Positions 18,293 through 30,002 of a DNA stretch of 64,000 nt are shown here, in pieces; position 1 is the first letter of the stretch, and every line of letters starts with the position of its first letter. The translations under genes were made by a program, and so were the position numbers. The DNA lies in assembly GCA_965214775.1 (NCBI GenBank), contig OZ243974.1, forward strand, positions 2,400,001 to 2,464,000. Direction: 5' to 3'. The stretch is from Nitrosopumilus sp. (GTDB lineage Archaea > Thermoproteota > Nitrososphaeria > Nitrososphaerales > Nitrosopumilaceae). The notes beneath the pieces were generated by a model. It did no database searches. It worked only from the letters and a program-made list of their open reading frames with translations, and had not been told where the DNA came from.

Positions 18293-19894
18293 TCATGTTG
18301 TTGTAGGAGCTGCTGCTGCTGGTACGACGGCCGTCCGGTTCCGGCGTACCGCTCCTCTGCTGCTGCCTGCGTCATCATCGACTACAGGCCGCCACACCGG
18401 CGGCGGCCCGGGACACTCAAAGACGCTGTATCTTGTACCGTCCGTATTGACAAGCAAGGACAGCAGGCGCGCATCATTATCATCATCTCTTGCATCTGCA
18501 AAGATATCCCAGACCGGATTCCGCAGGTATTTCAAGAGTCCGCCGGCAGGATGTATATTCTGCTTGCGACATGTCATCGAGAACGTCAGCAGCGCAGAAG
18601 CCGTCTTTCTTCCCCCGTCAGTTACGATCTTGTGGCGTGCATTGCGTTGTGGTATGATCCCGTCGCGTATGCACCGCTCCGTATCGTTGTTGTGCAGCGG
18701 CATTCCCCGATGCGCCAGACACGTAAACATGTTGGGCATGGCGTTTAGCAGGTGTGTACGCACGTGAACGTCCTCATACGGGTTGATTATTTTGTATACT
18801 TCCCTGGAAAGATCCATGTATGTAAGCGGCGCAAGCGTCTTGATTTTATCTATCTTCCTGTAGAATTCCAGCAGCAAGTCATACCTTTTCTCATCATCGC
18901 CTTCGGGCATCTTTACTGCAAGCTTTTCTGCATACGCCAGAAGGTGCCTCCAACACCTCTGGATTATATCAAAGAACAGCTTGTACTGGGCCAGTTCGTC
19001 TACGACTATGGGAGTCTTGGGATCCAGCCATCCAAAGTGCGTGTGCAGTACCTCGGAGGACCGGGAATCTGCAAAGACCACAAAGCACGCCCCCTCGCAG
19101 TTGAGCACCCAGACGTACCCCGTGTGCCCGTCGCCGCGCTTAAAGCCGGTCTCGTCCATCTGTATCCACGGCCTGCCCGCAATGAATGACTGTATGCGTT
19201 GTATCATGTTTTGTTGAATCGCCTCTGCCACTGTGTGCCGGGCGGCAGTCACGGTATTTGGGGCCATCCTGAATCCAAACATATACTGAAAGTACTCTGC
19301 AATGTCCTCGTCTGTGTTTCCCTTCTCAAAGAACATCATGATTAGAGAGAGTGAGACGGGCCCAAGTGACGTGCCGCTTAGAAACGGGGTGGCCGCTACA
19401 TGCACGGTATTGCACTGTGGACACACCGCGTTTTGGATGATGGCATTGGCAGTGAGCATGCGCATAAAACCGTCCAGGTCGTTGACAAGCTTGTGGATCG
19501 GCTTGAGCATCCGTAACTGGATGTTGCACCTTGGGCATATTTTGGAGCCAAGATCGTACCTTAATGTCATGGATGGCCGGTTGCCGTGCGATGTACCATG
19601 GTGTCCGCACGGAGGGCCGCGTTTCTTGCCCCGAGCAGCATCGCCTGGACTGCCGCCGGGATCCTCGCCCCTTTTCTCCCTGAACTTTCTTCTGGCATCA
19701 TTGTGTAATGACGGCGTGGACGTGGGCATGTTGGGACTCTCGTACAGGGCAAGCCTTGCCCGGAGCTCGGAGTTCTCCTCTTTGATGTCGGAGTTCTCCT
19801 TTTCCAGCTCGGAGATCTTCTCATCCCGCTCCTTGATCATGACAAGTGCCTTTGCAAGATCCATATGGTGTGCAGGCGTAGATTTGGAGTCCAT
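18293..19894 (-). CDS. IS66-family transposase
   Basis: Coiled coil, CxxC pairs, MDETG, YVW, QRCWRHL, HNN..ER motifs. Confidence 0.9.
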   Translation of the reverse strand: MDSKSTPAHHMDLAKALVMIKERDEKISELEKENSDIKEENSELRARLALYESPNMPTSTPSLHNDARRKFREKRGEDPGGSPGDAARGKKRGPPCGHHGTSHGNRPSMTLRYDLGSKICPRCNIQLRMLKPIHKLVNDLDGFMRMLTANAIIQNAVCPQCNTVHVAATPFLSGTSLGPVSLSLIMMFFEKGNTDEDIAEYFQYMFGFRMAPNTVTAARHTVAEAIQQNMIQRIQSFIAGRPWIQMDETGFKRGDGHTGYVWVLNCEGACFVVFADSRSSEVLHTHFGWLDPKTPIVVDELAQYKLFFDIIQRCWRHLLAYAEKLAVKMPEGDDEKRYDLLLEFYRKIDKIKTLAPLTYMDLSREVYKIINPYEDVHVRTHLLNAMPNMFTCLAHRGMPLHNNDTERCIRDGIIPQRNARHKIVTDGGRKTASALLTFSMTCRKQNIHPAGGLLKYLRNPVWDIFADARDDDNDARLLSLLVNTDGTRYSVFECPGPPPVWRPVVDDDAGSSRGAVRRNRTAVVPAAAAPTTT

Positions 19895-20113
19895 GTGTTA
19901 CATCAAACAGGCATGATCAAAAAAGATTTCCATCGAAATTCTTTGACTAGGATGCCGATAATGGATCACCCCAGCAAATTCCAATCCTGCAATGACTGGT
20001 CACAAATGTCTGATGTTCAGCCATGTTCGCAGGGGCATCTGATCATAAGATGCTGCCCAAAAATGTTTGACTGTCAGTATAAAAAGGACCTGAAGTTGTA
20101 CCTTAAGTCCATA

Positions 20114-23100
20114 GTTTCAATCCTTGTTATGATGGATTAGTCATTACGACTTGTAGGGCGGCGCTAAAACTATCAAAGTCCATAGTTTCAATCCTTGTTA
20201 TGATGGATTAGTCATTACGACTACCTTTTTTCTTAGTATGAATTACTACGTTCACCGTTTCAATCCTTGTTATAATGGATTAGTCATTACGACCGTTTTT
20301 GGATCTGTTTGAAGGTGCATATTACGGGTTTCAATCCTTGTTATGATGGATTAGTCATTACGACGGCTGAACCATGATGTTATGCCTTCACGGTTAGAAG
20401 TTTCAATCCTTGTTATGATGGATTAGTCATTACGACAAAGAGATGGAAGGCAAGGACATACCAGCAATGGAGTTTCAATCCTTGTTATGATGGATTAGTC
20501 ATTACGACTAGCCCAAACCCAAATATCCCCGGAGGCTTTTTTGGTTTCAATCCTTGTTATGATGGATTAGTCATTACGACATTCCGGAGGCAGTTACAGA
20601 TCAGTGGGTAAAAAAGTTTCAATCCTTGTTATGATGGATTAGTCATTACGACAAACTTACAAGGTAACCCATGTGACAACGCATGAAAGTTTCAATCCTT
20701 GTTATGATGGATTAGTCATTACGACCTTCTGGAATTGTTCTAATTCCATTTTGTTGATAGTTTCAATCCTTGTTATGATGGATTAGTCATTACGACGGAA
20801 AAGCTGAAACTATTATCAGAAAAGGATAGACGTTTCAATCCTTGTTATGATGGATTAGTCATTACGACCTAACCTAGACATTTTTGGTGAGGAAATCGAG
20901 ACTGTTTCAATCCTTGTTATGATGGATTAGTCATTACGACTCGATATGACATTGACCACAATTAGGACAGTTATCCAGTTTCAATCCTTGTTATGATGGA
21001 TTAGTCATTACGACATTAGAAAAGAGTTTGAATTTCAAACTGTATTTTCCGTTTCAATCCTTGTTATGATGGATTAGTCATTACGACGTGTTTTTTCATA
21101 GTCGTTATATTCTAGTCTTAAGTTTCAATCCTTGTTATGATGGATTAGTCATTACGACAAACCAATATACCCAGAGGTATCAATCTGGTCTAAGTTTCAA
21201 TCCTTGTTATGATGGATTAGTCATTACGACATGCTCTGCAAATTTGCAGAGTTTTGCAACAACGGGTTTCAATCCTTGTTATGATGGATTAGTCATTACG
21301 ACTATCAAACAGTAAAAGCAAATAGGGCCATTTTGCTGTTTCAATCCTTGTTATGATGGATTAGTCATTACGACTTCGATCTGTGCTTTGCATTTCTCAA
21401 GTTGTTTTCCCAGTTTCAATCCTTGTTATGATGGATTAGTCATTACGACTGTTTTATGGTATTAAAATAGGCTGGCGGTTCCGCCGTTTCAATCCTTGTT
21501 ATGATGGATTAGTCATTACGACTGATTTTTGTTTTTTGAATCCGCCCTACTCACATTGTTTCAATCCTTGTTATGATGGATTAGTCATTACGACCTAACC
21601 ATAGACAACAACACGGACACGGCCCATCCGTTTCAATCCTTGTTATGATGGATTAGTCATTACGACCCGATAAGATTCAGACTTTTCAACTTGATGCTGA
21701 GGTTTCAATCCTTGTTATGATGGATTAGTCATTACGACTCGATGCAGCTCCTCGGCCTCTTGCTTTGTTGAGCGGTTTCAATCCTTGTTATGATGGATTA
21801 GTCATTACGACCAGCATTTCGGTTTTTCCAGTCCCCGCCGGGCCGCGTTTCAATCCTTGTTATGATGGATTAGTCATTACGACAATGGACACGCCGCAAC
21901 ATTGAAGGCTTTCTTGACTTGTTTCAATCCTTGTTATGATGGATTAGTCATTACGACAAGTCATCAGAATCGTGGCCTTTGGACTGGGAATGTTTCAATC
22001 CTTGTTATGATGGATTAGTCATTACGACTCACTTAGCATTCGGTGTATGGTTCTTAGACTAACTTTGGTTTCAATCCTTGTTATGATGGATTAGTCATTA
22101 CGACTGGCTTGTGGCCATATTCCTTGGTTAATGCATGAAAAGTTTCAATCCTTGTTATGATGGATTAGTCATTACGACCAGCCAAAAAAGAAGAATCTGA
22201 ATAATGCCCGAGCGTTTCAATCCTTGTTATGATGGATTAGTCATTACGACTTGCTCATGTCTAGTTATTCTCATGTACGTTATAGTTTCAATCCTTGTTA
22301 TGATGGATTAGTCATTACGACCGTTGCAATCCGGAAATATGACTTTGCCGAAATTGAGTTTCAATCCTTGTTATGATGGATTAGTCATTACGACGGTACA
22401 ACACTGTCTTCAATGTCGGGTATCGTATCGTTTCAATCCTTGTTATGATGGATTAGTCATTACGACATTAAATACCTGAAATGCAAACAATGTTCCTTGT
22501 AAAGTTTCAATCCTTGTTATGATGGATTAGTCATTACGACTGCTTTTTTCTGCTATTTCTTTTAGCAGTGTTCTTCGTTTCAATCCTTGTTATGATGGAT
22601 TAGTCATTACGACCTTTGACACAGACGCCGAGATCGTACAAGAAGTAAAGTTTCAATCCTTGTTATGATGGATTAGTCATTACGACTCCAGTTCTTCTTG
22701 TGAAGGGTTGAACATTTTTGGTTTCAATCCTTGTTATGATGGATTAGTCATTACGACGGGGATGGACATGACGGCGACCTGACCGTATCGGGTTTCAATC
22801 CTTGTTATGATGGATTAGTCATTACGACGGGAACGGAAGCGCAACGATGCCGAGCTGTATTTCCCGTTTCAATCCTTGTTATGATGGATTAGTCATTACG
22901 ACTCAAACTATCTGAAGAAAACAATTCCGTACAAGATTGTTTCAATCCTTGTTATGATGGATTAGTCATTACGACATTCGTTGGTCACGATATACGTTTA
23001 CTAGTCGTTCGTTTCAATCCTTGTTATGATGGATTAGTCATTACGACTCACTGATATTGTAACACATGTGTTACGTGACAAGTTTCAATCCTTGTTATGA

Positions 23101-25007
23101 TGGATTAGTCATTACGACCTAGCTGATACTGTGATAATGCAGTCGGGTTCGGTTTCAATCCTTGTTATGATGGATTAGTCATTACGACTCAAAAAGCACG
23201 GCTTTGCAGTCGACCCATGGCTGTTTCAATCCTTGTTATGATGGATTAGTCATTACGACCGAACAAATCCTTTAGTTCCGCTATCTTGGGATCAGTTTCA
23301 ATCCTTGTTATGATGGATTAGTCATTACGACAGAAAACTAGAAGAAGCCGTCGAGAACTTGAACAAGTTTCAATCCTTGTTATGATGGATTAGTCATTAC
23401 GACAAGAAAGATACAGTTTGATCTTCAAATGCGACTTGTTTCAATCCTTGTTATGATGGATTAGTCATTACGACATTACATCTATATACATAGATTTTTT
23501 ACAGCCCTCAGTTTCAATCCTTGTTATGATGGATTAGTCATTACGACCTCTTTTTTTGACTTTTTTGACTTTTTTTGATCGAGTTTCAATCCTTGTTATG
23601 ATGGATTAGTCATTACGACCGTCAATGAATTTCTGCGGGAGGTTTGCCGCCTGGGGTTTCAATCCTTGTTATGATGGATTAGTCATTACGACTCTGTATG
23701 AGCAGGGTACGGAAAACACCACGGTAGTTTCAATCCTTGTTATGATGGATTAGTCATTACGACCAACAACAACTAAGACAGCTAGACCCTGCCACCTTGT
23801 TTCAATCCTTGTTATGATGGATTAGTCATTACGACGGTCTCTAGTGCATTTACAATTTGGGTGCGTGTCGTTTCAATCCTTGTTATGATGGATTAGTCAT
23901 TACGACTGTTGTTTTAGCGTGCGTTTGGCCCATTGTGTTTGGTTTCAATCCTTGTTATGATGGATTAGTCATTACGACGTACGTGCAATACTGCTCAGAT
24001 TGCTGCGGGTCGTTTCAATCCTTGTTATGATGGATTAGTCATTACGACAAAGGCAGAAACGACACAACGTCTGTATGATATCTGGTTTCAATCCTTGTTA
24101 TGATGGATTAGTCATTACGACAGGATTATAGGGATGCTTTGCTGGATAGGGTAAAAGTTTCAATCCTTGTTATGATGGATTAGTCATTACGACTTTGCCG
24201 TTGACGTACCCCAACGCTTTCAAAATGTTTCAATCCTTGTTATGATGGATTAGTCATTACGACTTTTTGTTGTTGTGTCAATGGTTATACCGTGCCAGTT
24301 TCAATCCTTGTTATGATGGATTAGTCATTACGACAATACGGCCAGGGAGAAGTCAATTATGGCGAGGTGTTTCAATCCTTGTTATGATGGATTAGTCATT
24401 ACGACAGGGCAACAATATCAATCCAACCAAGGGTCAGCGGTTTCAATCCTTGTTATGATGGATTAGTCATTACGACCCAAAAATAGTTTCAATCCTTGGG
24501 AGATTAGTCAAAATTCAATCGTTTCCGCGAGGTGTTTCAATCCTTGTTATGATGGATTAGTCATTACGACTGGATCTCAATTTCAATTCATGGGTCATAG
24601 TTTCAATCCTTGTTATGATGGATTAGTCATTACGACTATAAAAATCGTTTTCCATGATCACCAGGTGTTTCAATCCTTGTTATGATGGATTAGTCATTAC
24701 GACTCATCGGCTCTTCCTGGATTTTATAATCATCAATGGTTTCAATCCTTGTTATGATGGATTAGTCATTACGACTGACTCTGAAACGGGCAGAGATCAA
24801 GTTTCCAGACGTCCAAATGTGGAGGGTTTCAATCCTTGTTATGATGGATTAGTCATTACGACGAACCAGGCGACAACTTTTATCCCGTCATACAATGGTT
24901 TCAATCCTTGTTATGATGGATTAGTCATTACGACAGATGACTTCAACAAATCTGCGGCTTTGAATCATACGTTTCAATCCTTGTTATGATGGATTAGTCA
25001 TTACGAC
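20114..25007 (-). CRISPR. CRISPR array, 68 repeats of 37 bp and 67 spacers
   Basis: Repeat on minus strand GTCGTAATGACTAATCCATCATAACAAGGATTGAAAC (canonical ATTGAAAC end); leader next to cas4; manual count; one variant repeat at 20257. Confidence 0.97.
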
Positions 25008-25110
25008 AGCCTGTATTTTGAGCGTTCAGGACATGAAATGACTTGATTTTTGACTCTTCCTCCGTGATGGTTTGCTGTTCTGTCCATTTATCAATCTATA
25101 TTTAAAAAAC
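25008..25110 (-). promoter_or_regulatory. CRISPR leader; candidate TATA box within the last codons of cas4
   Basis: 83 bp between cas4 stop and first repeat; minus-strand TTTAAATA at ~25098-25105. Confidence 0.55.
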
Positions 25111-25681
25111 CCTCGGGGCACACCTTCCTGTAGCAGCAATTGAGACATCGATTGTCAAAGCTTGAGTCAGGCATAATTCCTGTACTGATAATTTTTTTTG
25201 TCTTGTGTAGCATATCTAGTGCAGTTTTTTTCACCGATTCGTCTATTGTAAACATGATCTCATCTCTTTTTTCCTTGTGAAATATTACAAACGCCTCGTT
25301 TACTGGCTTTTTCAAGTTTTCCTCCAGTAGGATGGCAAGAAGCCCGATCTGAACCCGAATTGTATCGTGCATTTTTGTATAATTAGAGAACTTCCTCTCA
25401 ATCAGCACTACCTGATCCTCCAACTCTATTGCCTCATCCACTATTCCAAAAAAATCATGGTATTTTGAATGAAATTTGACGGCAATTATCTTCTTGCCTT
25501 GCAGGTTTTTTGGCATAAATGCCCTGTTTGTTTTTTCATGTCTTTCATGAAACGCTTTACCGGCGGCTACTGTTCCTCTTTTTTCCTCGTATTGCAAAAG
25601 GCCAAGCACCTCTGAATAATATGTAAACTTTGGACAAAAAACATTTTCGACAACCGTTGTAACCGATATCATCGTATTCAA
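25091..25681 (-). CDS. cas4: CRISPR-associated exonuclease Cas4
   Basis: FCPK, GIVD..IERK, C-terminal CxxCxxxxxC Fe-S cluster motif. Confidence 0.92.
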   Translation of the reverse strand: MNTMISVTTVVENVFCPKFTYYSEVLGLLQYEEKRGTVAAGKAFHERHEKTNRAFMPKNLQGKKIIAVKFHSKYHDFFGIVDEAIELEDQVVLIERKFSNYTKMHDTIRVQIGLLAILLEENLKKPVNEAFVIFHKEKRDEIMFTIDESVKKTALDMLHKTKKIISTGIMPDSSFDNRCLNCCYRKVCPEGFLNID

Positions 25682-25965
25682 ATCACCTGCGAGGGCGTTT
25701 TGTCAGACACATAGTCTACATCAAAACTCTTTCCAAGTGTGGTTATTTTCCCAAAACACTGATTGCAGCTCATCATAAGATAGAAGGAATCCTCATCATG
25801 GGATATTATGGTTTTTATCTTTTCGATAAGATCTTTTTTTTGTTGCCCCGAGAGTTGGCCGCAAAACACGCTTTTTTGAATCCTGACTAGTCCTGCATCC
25901 TTTAGTACGTTTATCACTGCTTCCCTCACGGAGTTTTCAGTTATGTCATATACTGCATAATACAT
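25678..25965 (-). CDS. cas2: CRISPR-associated Cas2
   Basis: 'YAVYDI...RIQKSVF'; start uncertain. Confidence 0.92.
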   Translation of the reverse strand: MYYAVYDITENSVREAVINVLKDAGLVRIQKSVFCGQLSGQQKKDLIEKIKTIISHDEDSFYLMMSCNQCFGKITTLGKSFDVDYVSDKTPSQVI

Positions 25966-25973
25966 TACATGCT

Positions 25974-26984
25974 TTATGACAACACCACCTCCAAGTTTTT
26001 CTTTGTCAATTTTTCTATTATTTTTTTGCAATAGTTCCATGACGTCCTCTCTACTTCCTTGGAGTTTTCCTGTTTGTATGATGATAAAAGTGCGGCTCTC
26101 CCGCTCTTTGTAATTCTTATGCCAAGGTTTTCTGTGTCATCCATCTCATCCTCAAACCAGTCGTCTCTCACCATACGTTTGTTGAATAACGATACTAACG
26201 TCCTGTCTATTGTGGGTCTGCACATTTCTATTATGTCAAATGCAAGTGTAGGCTTGCCGTAAGAGTCTACGTGATAGAATCCCGCATTTGGATCAAGTCC
26301 TGATAAAATTATGGCTTTCTCAACCCCCGCATAGCCCATTCCATACATGTAGTTGAGTGATGCATTGAATCCGTCCAGTCCGGGATTTTGACTCCTTTTT
26401 TTAAATTGCCATTTTTTTGGCAGGCATGCAGATATGGTAGCAAAATACTCTGCGGCACACAGTCCCTCAAACCCCAGTAACCTCTGCTTGAAATTAAGCA
26501 ATTCGGACTCAAGATGTCTGACTTTTTGCCTAGTTTGGTCTATCAGATCTATTGAGCCATCAAGCTTTAAGAGTATTTCACTGCTTCCGGTTCGCTTCCT
26601 GTTGTTTTTGAGATCCAACAACAACTTTTTTTGTCCCTTGAGCTTTTCTAACACAATCTCTCTGGATATTTCTACTGCTGTTTTGGTGTCCGAGTTAAGA
26701 TACTGCATACGTCTGACCTCTGTAGTCTTGCCTGGGGTACTTGCCCACATTCGTGCATATGGCCTACCGCCATAACCTGCAAGAACCAACTGGATCTGTC
26801 TTTCAATGCACAGCTTTACAGCCTGTGTGCTTATCATTGCATTGGCAGTAACTATTATGGCCTCTATCTTTTCTGCAGGTATCTCTGTTGACTCCCTCTC
26901 GCCATCAGGCAGTTTGGTTTCTACCACAAAGCGTTCACGCTTGCGTCTTATGGCACTGCCGTGCGTAGATATCTCTAGTATCAT
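25974..26984 (-). CDS. cas1: CRISPR-associated Cas1
   Basis: 'LLGFEG..A..YF', 'NASLNYMY', 'GLDP..GFYH', 'LAFDIIE'. Confidence 0.95.
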   Translation of the reverse strand: MILEISTHGSAIRRKRERFVVETKLPDGERESTEIPAEKIEAIIVTANAMISTQAVKLCIERQIQLVLAGYGGRPYARMWASTPGKTTEVRRMQYLNSDTKTAVEISREIVLEKLKGQKKLLLDLKNNRKRTGSSEILLKLDGSIDLIDQTRQKVRHLESELLNFKQRLLGFEGLCAAEYFATISACLPKKWQFKKRSQNPGLDGFNASLNYMYGMGYAGVEKAIILSGLDPNAGFYHVDSYGKPTLAFDIIEMCRPTIDRTLVSLFNKRMVRDDWFEDEMDDTENLGIRITKSGRAALLSSYKQENSKEVERTSWNYCKKIIEKLTKKNLEVVLS

Positions 26985-27631
26985 GTCCTTCCTATTGCCC
27001 CGAATCCCTTTGATACGCTGTTACCTATGCCCATAAGATCTGGAAGGCTTAGGTTTGTGACAAATCGGGCGTAAAAAGAGCAGAACGGATTCTGATGTGC
27101 AACCACATATGTTGGTCTGAGTCTCTTTATACTGACATACAGCTTGTAGTCTATACTAATGCCTATTCCCTTCAACGCGCTGAGAAAGTTTCCAACCAAT
27201 ATATTCTCTAAAAACCTGTATTTCAGATCAGAACTTATCGTTTTGAATTTTTCATAGTTTTTAGAATTAAGTGCGATCCAGGGAGTCTGAAACTTGTATT
27301 GGGTTATGTCGTCTGTAATCTGATGCATGACGGTTGAAAACTCTATACTGGATACAGCTATTTTGCAGTTTGGCAACACGATTTCTTCCAAACTCGACAA
27401 TTTATCAAATACGATCTTGGCGTAATCTCCGATTCCGACCACCAGCAATTCGTCATTGATTTTTTTGTACTGCACAAGAGGATACCTGTACGGGTTTTCA
27501 TCATGGTGGTGAAATTCAGTATCCTGAAAGAATCTGTACCCAAGATAGCCGCGTAATTTAGAGGCCGAGATTCTTTTTTGCTCATGTATGTTAATCTTGG
27601 TATACGATATGGCTACGCTTTTTGAGTCCAT
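26981..27631 (-). CDS. cas6: CRISPR-associated endoribonuclease Cas6 (Cas6b-like)
   Basis: 'YRYPLVQYK', 'TPWIALN', C-terminal GIGNSVSKGFG loop. Confidence 0.9.
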   Translation of the reverse strand: MDSKSVAISYTKINIHEQKRISASKLRGYLGYRFFQDTEFHHHDENPYRYPLVQYKKINDELLVVGIGDYAKIVFDKLSSLEEIVLPNCKIAVSSIEFSTVMHQITDDITQYKFQTPWIALNSKNYEKFKTISSDLKYRFLENILVGNFLSALKGIGISIDYKLYVSIKRLRPTYVVAHQNPFCSFYARFVTNLSLPDLMGIGNSVSKGFGAIGRT

Positions 27632-27693
27632 GGTTCAAACCACATCTTTTCTACCATATAATTAATTGTGCGCCAATCTAATCCTATGCTATA

Positions 27694-27768
27694 GCAACGG
27701 GCAGAAGTCTTTGAGTCAAAGTAGGTCATAACTACACGTAAAAAACCTCAACTATTTCTGCTCGTTGC
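27694..27768. mobile_element. 75-bp MITE with 4-bp TSD; sister copy 45872-45946
   Basis: TIR GCAACG(G/A)GCAGAA; TSD TATA here and TACA at 45.9 kb. Confidence 0.8.
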
Positions 27769-30002
27769 TATAGTTTGCCATATGTAATCGTTGAGTCCTC
27801 AGACGAGTCATCGACAAGATGCCAGTCCAGACCCATCTTCTTGTGGTATATTTTTTGCAGGTGTTGTTTTTTTGGAAGCAGGATGTTCTTTTCCATTAGT
27901 TCATCATCAAACAACTCCGTGCCCACCTTCTCCAGAGGAATTGGAAGCATTGCAGTCATCTCCCCAAATCTTTTGACGATGCCCTGTGGTTTTTTTGTCT
28001 CAGCAATGCCAAGCAGTTTATTTCTAACAGAGTCCCATTCGTCCATGTCTGGCACAATTACAGTGTCCCTGTTGTCTTTTTCAGATATTAGTTTCCTAAC
28101 AAAATCCCATACATTTTCAAAATCCATCTCAGAGACAAGATGTTCTAGCTTGCTTGAATTGTTTATGTTGATTTGGTTCCTCTTAGAAATTTCCTCATAG
28201 TATTCTTTCAGAGCATCATAGATCTGTACGGAGTTTACCATGCCGCAGACTCTCTTTTCTGACTCTTGGAATTCTAACTGACTGTACGGCACGTGACTGT
28301 TGCCCTCTGTCGAGTATACTACTAACGTTGCATTTGGATTGTTGCCTTGTCTGTTGAGTCTACCCATGACCTGTATGATGTTGTCAAGCGGGGCCATCTC
28401 TCTGAACACGTGGGAAAAGTCAATGTCAACGCCTGCTTCTACTACTTGTGTTGCTACAAGAACATAGTCTGACATTTTTGGAAGATCTTTGATCAGATTT
28501 ATCCTGTCCTTTTTTCTGACTCCTGTGGAAATATACTCGATCTTTTTACCCCTGTTTGCCTGGCTGATCTCATTGTAAAGTCGTACGGCCTTTTTTCTGG
28601 TGTTGGCCATAACCAACGTGTTGTCGACTGGGATCGTTTTGATATCTAAGGAATCTACGACTGAAACATGCTTTTTCGTCAGATCAAGATATGAATCAAT
28701 CGTCTCCTCTGATATTTTCACACGCGCTACGTCACTGATCTCATGAGGTATCGTTGCGCTGACTAGGATGAACTTTGTTTTCATGTACTGACTCATTTTT
28801 TCAAAGATGTTTTTCAGGTTTGACAAGATCGGTTTTGGTATTGTCTGTATTTCGTCTACTATCAAAATCGAATTTCTAAATGATGCCATCTTCATTTTGT
28901 CCTGTGCCCTGTTTGAGTAGATTGTCATCAGGAGTCTTTGGGTCGTGGTAATGACGAATTTTTTATTAAATGACTCGTTTTCAAACACCCATTGATTGAT
29001 CCTGCCAAGCATTCCGTCGACGTGTTTGTCTTCCAGGGATGTTGAATGCAAGTGGTTGTAAATCAAAATGTCGTTTAGTTGGGACTGCTCTGACACCTCT
29101 AGGATTTTCTCCTCAAAATCTTCTGTCAGGGCAAGTAACGGGGAGAAGTAAAACACGCGCTCGACATCTTTGCGTTTTGAATAGTGGTTGATTATGTCTA
29201 AAAAGACCTTTGTCTTGCCGATTCCGGTGGGTGCATTGATTATTGATATGTTCTGCATGTAATCAAAATTATCCATGACCTGGCTTTGGAAGTCGGTGCG
29301 GAGTTTTGCAAGCGGACTGCTGGCGTTTCTTAATTTTTCAGTATTGAACTGCAGGTTGAATCTCGGCACGATCCAATCATTAAAACTGCCTCTATCGGCC
29401 TGAAGCAGGCACGAGAATGCATATGCCATTTCCAGATAGTCGTCAGGCGAGTTTTCGGATTTTAGTTTAAGATCAAAATCGATAGGGCGGCAGAACCTTC
29501 TTTTACCAGAGTCCCAGTTAAGCTTTGAAAATCCTGGTTTTTTAGACGCTTGCAAGGAAAATTCATCCATTTGCATGGCGATTTCATCCCTTGATTTTTT
29601 GATTTTTTGTTCGTTCCGTGAATTTTTTCCTAACTGTTGCCTGATTTTGGAGTGGTGTCCGTAGATGAGCACCGAAATCTTGTCAATCAGATCACGTTCT
29701 AACCCGGTTTTGTACAAGAGTCTCTGTGCGGCCCACGCAGAAAATATTGAATGCTCATGTGCATATGTTGACTCTGCCTCTTTCTCCGTGGTTGTTCCGT
29801 GAAAAACCGTCTGATAAAACGGGTTTATTTTTCCAAAGTCGTGTAGCAGTCCTGAATAAAACGCGAGTTTTGGGTTTCTGAAGAGTGTTTGTGAGAAAAT
29901 CTCTTCTGATTTTTCTGCGACTTCGATCAGATGCTCTATGAGGAGGTGCTTTTTTTCATGTATCGGATGCGAAAGAAATTTAGTACATGCAGACGACGTC
30001 AT
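27768..30002 (-). CDS. cas3: Cas3 HD nuclease-helicase
   Basis: LHDFGK, APTGIGKT, DEIQ, SAT, TQVVEAGVD, GRLNR. Confidence 0.95.
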   Translation of the reverse strand: MTSSACTKFLSHPIHEKKHLLIEHLIEVAEKSEEIFSQTLFRNPKLAFYSGLLHDFGKINPFYQTVFHGTTTEKEAESTYAHEHSIFSAWAAQRLLYKTGLERDLIDKISVLIYGHHSKIRQQLGKNSRNEQKIKKSRDEIAMQMDEFSLQASKKPGFSKLNWDSGKRRFCRPIDFDLKLKSENSPDDYLEMAYAFSCLLQADRGSFNDWIVPRFNLQFNTEKLRNASSPLAKLRTDFQSQVMDNFDYMQNISIINAPTGIGKTKVFLDIINHYSKRKDVERVFYFSPLLALTEDFEEKILEVSEQSQLNDILIYNHLHSTSLEDKHVDGMLGRINQWVFENESFNKKFVITTTQRLLMTIYSNRAQDKMKMASFRNSILIVDEIQTIPKPILSNLKNIFEKMSQYMKTKFILVSATIPHEISDVARVKISEETIDSYLDLTKKHVSVVDSLDIKTIPVDNTLVMANTRKKAVRLYNEISQANRGKKIEYISTGVRKKDRINLIKDLPKMSDYVLVATQVVEAGVDIDFSHVFREMAPLDNIIQVMGRLNRQGNNPNATLVVYSTEGNSHVPYSQLEFQESEKRVCGMVNSVQIYDALKEYYEEISKRNQININNSSKLEHLVSEMDFENVWDFVRKLISEKDNRDTVIVPDMDEWDSVRNKLLGIAETKKPQGIVKRFGEMTAMLPIPLEKVGTELFDDELMEKNILLPKKQHLQKIYHKKMGLDWHLVDDSSEDSTITYGKL

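Larger units (their letters stand above)
17997..20101 (-). mobile_element. IS66-family single-ORF element
   Basis: 29-bp TIR GTACAACTTCAG(A/G)TCCTTTTTATACTGAC; flanks do not form a TSD. Confidence 0.9.

Noticed and set aside
23548-23582. Low-complexity spacer (TTTTTTGAC)n
   Set aside because: Normal length; probably a Lys-rich coding protospacer; nothing further can be supported.
21088-24989. ORFs inside the CRISPR array
   Set aside because: Translations of repeats and spacers.
20114-25007. Self-targeting spacers within the window
   Set aside because: None noticed by eye, but an exhaustive search was not possible, so this is unresolved rather than excluded.
27632-27767. CreTA-like mini-array between cas3 and cas6
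   Set aside because: No convincing repeat pair; the region is explained by a 75-bp MITE and an AT-rich promoter.
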